In this document: piece by piece, positions 54,095 through 64,000 of the stretch
Numbering within the stretch: the first letter of the stretch is position 1
Layout: each line of letters begins with the position of its first letter
Assembly: GCA_951406725.2 (NCBI GenBank)
Contig: OX597814.1
Location: 128,154,001 to 128,218,000 of the forward strand
Length of the DNA: 64,000 bases
Direction: 5' to 3'
Source of the DNA: Octopus vulgaris
Lineage: Eukaryota
The notes under the pieces: generated by a model
What the model was told of the DNA's origin: nothing
Seen by the model: only the letters and a program-made list of their open reading frames with translations
The model's database searches: none
Position numbers and translations under genes: made by a program

Positions 54095-54353
54095 GGATCT
54101 TTTCACTTTGACCGGCAGATTTAAAAAATAAACAGCAGAAATTGTACTCACCTCAATAGACGTCATTGATTTGTTGAAATTGCTGAAATGCAAGAAATTT
54201 AACAACAAATAGTTTACAAACTACAGAATTTTCTCAAGAAAGCCAAGAGAAAAAGGTGTTTTATGTAACACATTCTACCAGTATACGAAGTTTAAAAGTG
54301 TTTAGTTACAAAGAAATTATTTTTTAAATCTGCCGGTCAAAGTGAAAAGATCC
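54095..54353. mobile_element. MITE, probably Merlin-type
   Basis: ~36-bp TIR beginning GGATCTTTTCACTTTGACCGGCAG; 8-bp TSD GTAAGTTC at 54087-54094 and 54354-54361. Confidence 0.85.
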
Positions 54354-55571
54354 GTAAGTTCTTCATTAGTTCACCATAAATGTTCACTTTTTCTGAACTT
54401 TTGATGGTATGTTCACATCAGCTGGGCAGCTGACTTCTACAATGATGCATGATTTTTATTTCCCGCCCCACAGAACAATATCAGGGTCTCGTGTGTTCGC
54501 ACTGGATAGCTGCTTTTATTTTATTATTTTTAATTGAATATTCTACTAATATTCCTTGATTTTAAAGGTGTAAACATTTTATGGTTCTGGCATGCTTTTG
54601 AAATATTCAACAGAGTAATTCTCCTTGCGGATAACATTGTAAATAGTCTTTCCTATTACATCATGTCTTAGTGTAGAAGTATCTTGAAGTAAGTAGTAAC
54701 ATACATACGTACGCACGTAATTATATTAGTATGTCAGTTAAAACATGCGGAGGTTTATCCGTGGGAAAAAATAAGAGAAAAAAAAGAAGAAAAAAAATGA
54801 ACGAAAAGTTTATGTAACTGATTGCTTAAAGATCCGATTTAATATGGCCTACCCGATGCACCCGTTTCTCCTCTCGTTCTCCCGACCGATGTTAATAGTG
54901 AACATCAGTAGCATCGTGATCTTGTTTAAGTCATGGAGATGGAACCGTTCCTTTCCCTATAACATAACGAAGTACTGCGTAATGTGTGTGAGTGTGTCTA
55001 TATGAAAATATGTATAATTATTGCCACTCTCAACACAAGTTGACATTCCCATAAACAACCTAGTAAATAGACGACACCACGTCAGTGACTCGCAATTAAT
55101 TAATTGTTGGTCAGACTCTTAATGATATTCAGTATCACTGTGAAACCTCAACATCAGTTACCCTTATTTGACTGAAGAAAAAAATTAACTGCGACTTTTC
55201 CCTAGGATTTGTTCAGTTATATGGTTAAAGACTGACTCTAATACACGTTATTTATCGTTCAAATGAAGACATAGACAAACGCTTATAAAAACGGACCAGA
55301 AAAATGTTTTAAATAAACCCAAAATTTACAAAATGTACCTCGATGTTATTCTGATGTTTATGAATGTTCCATGTTCAGTTGTTTGGATAAATGTAATTTC
55401 AAGGTTAATAAGATTTGTTTCAAAAGGATACACTTTATCCCATCGCTTTGAGTAAAATAATTTTGACTAAATATTTGCTCACGTGAAACGCTTGTAGTGA
55501 AACGGCAATGATTAAGCTGAGTTCATAACGGAGCTATAATGGACAAGACAAGGTTTTAATAAGATTTTTTT

Positions 55572-55868
55572 ATGCGCCTTTTTCAGGCCTAACCGGGCTC
55601 ATGGGCCCGGTTTCCCGGTTTCTATGACGTATGTCCCCCCCCCTCCCGCCCAGTTGGACGGGACGCCAGTCCATCGCAGCGGTACTCAAGAAATAAGAAG
55701 AAAGAGTGAGAGAAAGTCGAGGCGAAAGAGTACAACAGAAGTCGCCACCACCCTCTGCTGGAGCCGCGTGGAACTTTAGGTGTTTTCGCTCAATAAAAAC
55801 ATACAACGCCCGGTCTGCGAATCGAAACCGCGAGTCCGCTGCCCTAATCATTGGGCCATTGCGCATCC
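55572..55868 (-). mobile_element. tRNA-derived SINE family D (also ~35390-35685 minus)
   Basis: Minus-strand head tggcccaatgattagggcagcggactcgcggtttcgattc; two similar copies in the window. Confidence 0.7.
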
Positions 55869-56758
55869 AGAATAAGATTAAAAAGGCATTCAATAACTGA
55901 CGATTTCTCATATTGCAGCCGCAAGCACAAAATGAGAAAATACAAACAGAAACCAGAACAACAGTAAACCATATAAACACGCATCATTACATTTTCTAAA
56001 TAAACAAACTGTATGCTTCAAATATCGAAGTCGGATGTAGAGGGTTTGTTGGACACAGCGTGAGACGACTGTTGTTATCGCTAGGCCTAACTCATCGTAA
56101 AGTCAATACCACCATGACTGATATCCAATCTACAGTGGAGAAGGCTAGCCACTGGATTTGGTTAACAAGAGACGATGAGCGATGGCTAGAAGTATATTGA
56201 GTTCTTCATAACCAGCTGATCTAGCAAGCGGGGCCTCATATCAGTGAGGGGGGGGAGCGTGCGCATTGATGCCGTCGAGAGGTAGGCCCCGAAACGGCGC
56301 GCATTCTCTCCGGATGACCCCATACACTTGCTAGCTTCTGATATACGGAGCTTTTAACTGGTAGCACTTGCATGTGCAAGTTTGCAAGACATTGGCATTG
56401 CTCGATATAACTAGTAGACTTGTCAATGACACAGATCAGCTGTTAAAGTAGTGTTCGGTAAATTCTGTAAAAAAATTTTATCTATTAATTAAATTAGAAA
56501 ATTAACGGGGATGTGTGTATGTGTTCATGGGGGGTGCGAGATCGAAAGTGTGTGTTGTATGTGAATGTGTGTGTGTGTGAGAGAGAGAGAGAGATGTGTG
56601 TTGCAGTGTTGTGAGAGAGAGGAGAGTAACAGAGTACATTGTTTTATTTATTTTTTCCTCGCATCTTTTTTGAATGAGTGATTGACTGAGAAGTAGAGGT
56701 GTGCGTTGTCGGAGAGAGAAAGTGTTACTGTGTGTGTGTGTGTGTGTGTGAGTGTGTA

Positions 56759-56796
<38 letters not shown>

Positions 56797-56797
<1 letters not shown>

Positions 56798-58265
56798 AAA
56801 GTTCTATTTCTTACAAAATATTTTGTTACTAACACCATACAAACTATTTCTATCTTTTACACCTTAGGCAGAATTTATTTCTCTTTCGAAAGATGCAGAC
56901 AATAACTATTTTTATACAACTTGAAGAATTCTAATGCTAAATTAATATAAACGGCAAAATTAGTTAAAGACCATATTATGATTTTATTTAAATCTTTAGA
57001 TTGTAGCAAGAACCAAAAACATATTAGTACTTTGAGCTGTAGCCTTTATTCTTAATAACGGCTGAACAACGCCTCGGCATTGAATTCGCTAAGTGATTAC
57101 AAAATTCTATGGGAATGTTTTGCCATATTTCATTGATATAATCGAATAATTGTTTCACATTAGACAGTTTTTTTAGCATGAAGTTCTTTGGAAACATAAT
57201 TCCACAAGTTCTTGATCGGATTCAGGTCCGGGCTCTGGGGAGGCTATTCGATTACGTCAATATTATGGTGATCAAAAAATTCCATAACCTTTTTGGCTTT
57301 GTGCACAGGACTATTGTCCTGCTGGTAAATAGCCCCCGGAGGCATTTGGTGAGTCAAATATGGCATAACAATCCTTTAGTAGATAACTTCGCCGATTCAT
57401 ATAATCTACACTATTTAACTTTCCATCAACTTTAACTAAAGGGCCAACACCAAAGCTACTAAATGCCGCCCACACCATCACACCCCCACCCCTGCTTGCG
57501 CCGTCTTTTTCACGCATTTCGGATGGAATTCCTCCGTTGGGCGACGTCTGATGTGTTTTACTATCTGATCCAAATATACTGAAGCGTGACTCGTCACTCC
57601 AAAGGACCCTGCACCAATCTACGGCTGTCCATTGAGCATGCCTTTTAGCGAAATTAAGGCGTTTGAGTCGATTTCTTTCGGATATTATTGGCTTTTGCCT
57701 AGCGATTCGTCCATGTAGTCTAAATTCTTTCAAACGGTTGCGGACAGTTTGTGGTGTAAAAATAACACCATTCTCTTTTGGACAATTGTTTGCAAATGTC
57801 AACGGCTGTCAGCATTTGGTTGCCTTCCGAAAGTCGGTGGATTCGATGGTCCAACTGCGCCGTCGTTTTTTTTGGGGCGCCGGTCCTTTGCCGATCTTTA
57901 TATTGACCAGTCTCTGAGTATGACTTCCATGCTTGCACACAAGCCGTTTTACTGCACTTTACTTGCTTGCTGATGTTCGAAAAGGAAACTTTTTGCTTGT
58001 GGAGTAATACGATGTTTGCTCTCGTGACTGGACTGAAGCTACATTGTTTTCCCATTATTAATCAATTGTATAATGACGTTAAATTATAACACTATATAGT
58101 GCAGCTAGGCTAGTTGTGTGACCACCCATTTTTGGCAAAAAAATTTGCATACATACAACATGGTCTTAAACTAATTTTGCCGGTAAATTTGAAACGTGTT
58201 AGTAACAAAATATTTTGTAAGAAATAGAACTTTTATCATCGGTCTTAAATTTATTTTCGCCAGTG
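56797..58265 (-). mobile_element. Tc1-family DNA transposon with a frameshifted transposase (57024-58055); left TIR truncated
   Basis: HTH N-terminus, WSDES, GGGVMVW, QQDN, SPDLNPIKNLW (catalytic E to K); ~39-bp inverted match 56797-56835 / 58196-58234; right end CAGTG|TA. Confidence 0.92.
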
Positions 58266-59589
58266 TATATTTTATTTATTTACTTTTTCTTGAATCGTTT
58301 TTTTTTTTGTCTGATTGAGTGAGAGAGAAAGAGAGGTGTGTTTTGCTCTGTGTGTATGTGTGTGAGTGAGAGAGCAGGACAGAGTGATAGCGTAATTTTT
58401 ATTTATTTAGTTTTTCTCGCTTCTTTTTTTAGTGTGAGTGATTGGCTGAGAGAAAGAGAGAGAGGTGTTGTTATGTATGTGTAAAACGGCTCACACACAC
58501 ACAGAGCAACACACACAACACACACTTTTTGTCTTGCACCCCCATCAACACATACACATGTCCCTATCAATTTTCTCTCTCTTTCACTTTATGCTAACAT
58601 CAAACGAAATGTACATTTCCAGCCACAAAAATAAATAAATAAATAAATTTTTACGGAATTTACCGAACGCGTATGGTAACAGTTAAGCTGCGCACGCACC
58701 TACGAGTCAAAACGAAAGATTGCCAATTATATATTTAATATAAAAGATACAATTATATGAAATATGGGTAAATTTTTAGCCGTCTCACAAGATGGGTGTA
58801 ATCTCTGATCAGCAGATTTTCGGAATCGTTATCAGTAACTTATAGAGAAGAGTAAAGAATTGGGTGGGTATTACCTTTTACGAAAGAAATTTTTTGCTCC
58901 AAAAATTAAATTTTTTGTAACCCTCACTACTAATTCCGTGTCCTTTTCTGGTAAATGTTTCTATCTGTTTCATGAAACGGTTGCAATAGTAAAAAAAAAA
59001 TAAAATATCTCGAAATATATGTAACACCAATAATATTGCCTGAGCTAATGTAACAGCGACTTCTCTTAATCATGCTTGCAAAAGTAATAAGGAAACTATA
59101 AGACAAAGTTTCTAGTTATGCACATTTCATATTTCGTCAAAGTTTTTAAAAAAAGCCTGATACAGTCACTATCATATTCTTTTCTACTCTAGGCACAAGG
59201 CCCGAAATTTTTTGGGAGGGGGCCAGTCGATTAGATCGATCCAGTGCACAACTGGTACTTAATTTGTCAACCCCGAACTTTTAAAAACATGATTAAATAT
59301 ATATATATATATAGGGATGGGGAACAAAATTAGTAACAGGGGTAAAATGAGTAATTTTCGAATTGTTATTTTCTCTCTACCTGTTTGAAATCTGTTGCAT
59401 CATAGACACAGCTATTGCATCATTGTGTTTGTGCTGTTATATAATCTTTAAGTGTAGAAATTTGTCAGAATAATTGCTGAAGTCGAGAGAGTTTGGAGAT
59501 TTATCCGTGGAAAAAAATAAAGTGAAAAAAGAGAAGAAAAAGGAACAGAAAAATCATGCCGTAAAGTTTATGTAACTGATTGCTTAAAG

Positions 59590-61190
59590 ACGTCAAACTG
59601 AGACCTATAATAGCAGGTACCGCATGTGAAACCCACCACCTCAGTAACTTTTTAGATACCCTCTTAAAACCATTCCTCAAGCATGTCAAAAGCTACATAT
59701 GGGACGACCTGGATATGATCAATCACCTTCCTGAAACAATAAACAAAATCACCCTACTAGTATCCTTCAATGTAGTCAACCTCTATTCCAATATCCCCCA
59801 CAAACTAGGAATAGAAGCAATTCAATTCTGGTTAGAGAATTACACCAACGAACTCCCACATCACATCAAGAAAGAATTCGAGATAGAAGGGCTAAAATTC
59901 GTCTTGGAGAATAACTACTTTGTCTTCATCTCATCATCATCATTTAACGTCCGCTTTCCATGCTAGCATGGGTTGGACGGTTCAACTAGGGTCTGGGGAG
60001 CCCGAAGGCTGCACCAGGCCAGTCAGATCTGGCAGTGTTTCTACAGCTGGATGCCCTTCCTAACGCCAACCACTCCGAGAGTGTAGTGGGTGATTTTATG
60101 TGCCACCGACACAGGTGCCAGACGAGGCTGGCGAATGGCCACGCTCGGATGGTGTTTTTATGTGCCACCGACACAGGTGCCACAAAAATCGATGACTGCA
60201 ATGGGTACGAGAATGGACCCTTCCTCTGCTAACCTAGTCATGGGATATCTAGAAATCAGTTTTTATTGTAAGGTGCTAGAAAAATACGGCAGCCAAATTC
60301 TCCCTCTACATAGAAAATAACTGGAAGAGATACCTGGATGACTGTTTCATTCTTTGGCATGAAATTATAGAGGGACTTCAAGAATTTCAAGCACTTATAA
60401 ATGGACTTGACGTAAACATTCAATTCACGATGGAATATAGCCATCAACAACTTTCCTTCCTCAACATCCTCATTAAAAAATCTGACAACGTAATAGAAAC
60501 AGATATATACTATAAGTCCATGGACTCCAAGCAATATCTACCGTTCAACTCATGCCACCCCAGACACACCAGAATGAATATTCCCTTCAACCTAGTAAAA
60601 AAGATATGCACTATAGTTTCTCATGCAAGCACCAGGAACATACGGCCACATAAACTAAAGGATACACTCATCACCAGGAACTACTCATCTTCACTAATTG
60701 ACATATGCTTTCAACATGCCCGACAACTCAACATCCACAAACTCAGACTTCTCAAATTAAAGAAGGATTTACAACCAAAAGCCCTACCATATATCTCCAC
60801 ATACAACTCTCTTAACAATGAAGCCTTTGACACCATCCTTCAAAACATTCCCCTGCTAAAAATGGACCACAGAATGAACTTAATCCTCCAAACACACACC
60901 ATCATAAAAAGCAAGAGACAGCCTAAATCTATGAAAAGTCTCCTAACACAAGCTGAACAACAACACTGAAGCCGTCAGTAAAAGAAATGTGGAAGACCCA
61001 ACTGTGGGATATGTTTCGATTTAATTGAGGGATCAGAATTCTCCTTCAAACAGGGACAATGTTTCGCAGTGAAAAGCAGCTTTGCATGTGCTTCGGAGAA
61101 CCTGATATATGCACTAACCTGCTCTGGGTGTCAAGAGCGATACATAGGCCAAACAAAAACAGTCTACGTCAAAGGATGGCTCTGCACAGA
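59590..61190 (+). mobile_element. Degraded Penelope-like element (RT plus start of the GIY-YIG endonuclease)
   Basis: LRPIIAG, LYSNIPH, AMGT, RYLDD, TDIYYKS, SCHPRH, CGRPNCGIC, NLIYALTCSGCQERYIGQT. Confidence 0.9.
59927..60183 (-). mobile_element. Young RTE 3' fragment inserted into the Penelope RT
   Basis: Nearly identical to 40737-40990. Confidence 0.9.
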
Positions 61191-61689
61191 TATATGTATA
61201 TGTATGTATATATATATGTATGTATGTGTGTGTGTGTATCTGTGTTTGTCCCCCCAACATCGCTTCACAACCGATGCTGGTGTGTTTACGTCCCCATAAC
61301 TTAGCGGTTCGGCAAAAGAGACCGATAGAATAAGTACTAGGCTTCCAAAGAATAAGTTCTGGGGTTGATTTGCTTGACTAAAGGTGGTGCTCCAGCATGG
61401 CCACAGTCAAATGACTGAAACAAGTAAAAGATTAAAAGAGTAAAAGAGAGCTGTAATGTTGGGAAGAGGGAAAATATTGTTTTTCCTTTTTTATTTTTAA
61501 TGTTGTCTGTTATATTTAATTTGTTAAGTGAGCAGTAAATATGTGACTGACTGTTTCTTTTCAAAGATATATTTAACCAGCCTGGCTCTAGTCGTCTAAC
61601 AACTTTATTATGTCTGTACTCCTCAATTTACTCAAGAGCTTGTTTGAATGCTCACTGATAGAAACATAATTATGTTTGATAACGTTTTG

Positions 61690-61886
61690 TTTACTCTTTT
61701 ACTTGTTTCAGTCATTTGACTGCAGCCATGCTGGAGCACTGCTTTTAGTTGAGCAAATAGACCCCAGGACTTATTCTTTGTAAGCCTAGTACTTATTCTG
61801 TCAGTCTCTTTTGCCAAACCACTAAGTTACAGGGATGTAAACACACCAGCATCTGTTGTCAAGCGATGTTGGGGGGACAAACACAG

Positions 61887-61947
<61 letters not shown>

Positions 61948-62100
61948 ACGGTCTTCTTTCAGTTTCCGTCTACCAAATTCTCTCACAAGGCTTTGGTTGG
62001 CCCTAGGCTATAGTAGAAGGCACTTGCCCAAGATGCCACACAATGGGACTGAACCCGGAACCATGTGGTTGGTAAGCAAGCTACTTACCACACAGTCACC
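61690..62100 (-). mobile_element. tRNA-derived SINE family A
   Basis: Reverse-complement match; inverted relative to the 61200-61440 copy. Confidence 0.85.
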
Positions 62101-63539
62101 AAACCAAAATAATTTGATATTTTATAATGAAGAATGTACACACACACACATGTGCATGCGCGTGCACACACACACATACACACACTCCTAAGTGCATCAG
62201 AGTTGTCTTAGTCTCTTGGTTGTTGATATCTCAAAATGTCTTACAAACATTTTGTCTGTGCATACAAATGGAAGACAGATTACTAAAACAAAAGAATTCA
62301 AAATAATCCAACCTAATATGTGCATATGGACATATATATTAAGTAAATAGTAAATATGTGACTGACTGTTTCTTTTCAAAGAACTGGCTATGGCTAAAAA
62401 AAAACAAAAAAACAATTCCATGTAGAACACTTAAAATTCTATGTCATCTGTTTACTGAAGATTTGTAAAAATAATAGAGCTACACTTTCAAACCACAGCA
62501 ACTTATCTTGTTGATCCCCAGGTCAACCTAGAGCAAAACTGAATCAAATACATTCCAGCCATGACTGTCCCATCCATTTTTTGGAGTATCTACAACATTA
62601 TCCAATATGTTCTTCTTTGTTTAAGACAGTGAGGCAAAAGTTGATTTGAAGAACATTTCGCTGTTATTTCTTGTAGATGAAACAACTAGACAAAGGTTCC
62701 TTCATTGGTAAAATTTATTCTGTGTCATAGGTTGTAATTTTATTACTGCTATCAAATATGCACAATGGTAACAGTATGGACTGAAGCTTCCACTTTAAGA
62801 AATAAGAGACATATGGAACTCTGATGCTGGCATCTTAGTTAAGCAATTCTAATGATAGAAAACTTCATTCATATCAAGTATAACAATATTGCTTTTACCA
62901 CAGTTCTTAAGTACAAAAGATCATTGGTGAATATCATTTGAAAATGAATCTCCAAAATACATAAATACAGCTAGCTTTGGCTTCCTTTTTGAATTTAATA
63001 CCTCAACCAGCTGTGGGTATGTTTATAAAGTCAAAACACAACACAGTATCCATCATCATCATTATTTAACGTCCATTTTCCATGACGGTATGGGCTGGAC
63101 GATTTGACAGGAACTGCACCAAGCTTCAGTTGTCTGTTTTGGCATGGTTTCTATGGCCAGATATCTTTCCTAATGCTAGTCACTTTACAGAGTGTACTGG
63201 GTGCTTTTTATGCAGAACCAGCACAGGTGTTTTTCACATGGCACCAACATGGGATATTTCAAAAACCTGTTTCCATATTCAGAATTGTGGAAACATAGAG
63301 TAAACTGCCTGCACTGGTTGTTAGCTATCAAGACACTCCATCCCTTCAAAAATTCCATGTGCTCTCTAAACACCCTTTCCTTTCCATGGCTCTTTTAATG
63401 TTCACTTTTCTGGGGGTTAGTTTAGCATTTTTATCCTGTGTATTACACATGTACTTTTGGTTATCATTGCTGTCTTCCTTTACTTGATTTATTGTTGCCT
63501 TCTGTCCCTTCTTTTACTCTTATTATTATTTGATAAATC

Positions 63540-64000
63540 AAATTCAATGACTGGCATCCGTGCTAGTGGAGCACTAAGAGCACCATCCGAGCATGATCGC
63601 TGTCAAAGCAGCTAACTGGCTTCTGTGCCAGTAGCACATAAAAAGCACCATTCGAGCATGATCGTTATCAGTGTCGCCTTACTGACACTTGTGCCGGTGG
63701 CATGTGAAAAAACATTTGAGTGAGGTCATTGCCAGTGCCACTGGACTGGCTCCTGTACAGGGGGCACATAAAAAGCACCATTTGAGCATGGTTGTTGCCA
63801 GTACCGCCTGACTGGCCCTCATGCTGCTGGCACGTAAAAGCACCCACTACACTCTCGGAGTGGTTGGCGTTAGGAAGGGCATCCAGTTGTATAAACTCTG
63901 CCAGATCAAGATTGGAGCCTGGTGCAGCCATCTGGTTCGCCAGCCCTCAGTCAAATCGTCCAACCCATGCTAGCATGGAAAGCAGATGTTAAATGATGAT
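63540..64000 (+). mobile_element. RTE 3'UTR fragment
   Basis: Same tandem units, terminal motif and tail. Confidence 0.85.

Overview
This is AT-rich, microsatellite-dense eukaryotic DNA with a repeat complement typical of a cephalopod, most likely Octopus (inferred from the SINE/LINE families). One host gene can be assembled by eye on the minus strand: eight phase-compatible GT-AG coding exons from 49134 to 10886, giving a 300-aa protein with an RGS-like domain resembling the RGSL1/RGS22 C-terminus. The rest is intronic or intergenic and mostly mobile elements: a near-intact RTE LINE (40737-44399) plus many 3' fragments, a Dong/R4 LINE in (TAA)n, two Penelope-like elements, Tc1/mariner relics, piggyBac-, Merlin- and Helitron-type non-autonomous elements, and four tRNA-SINE families. 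The main unexplained signal is about ten minimal type I hammerhead-ribozyme motifs from several unrelated repeat families. Their catalytic cores swap the 3-8 base pair (C3-G8, G3-C8, U3-A8), most have palindromic helix III, and several sit in long inverted repeats. All calls are by inspection; no searches or folding programs were run.
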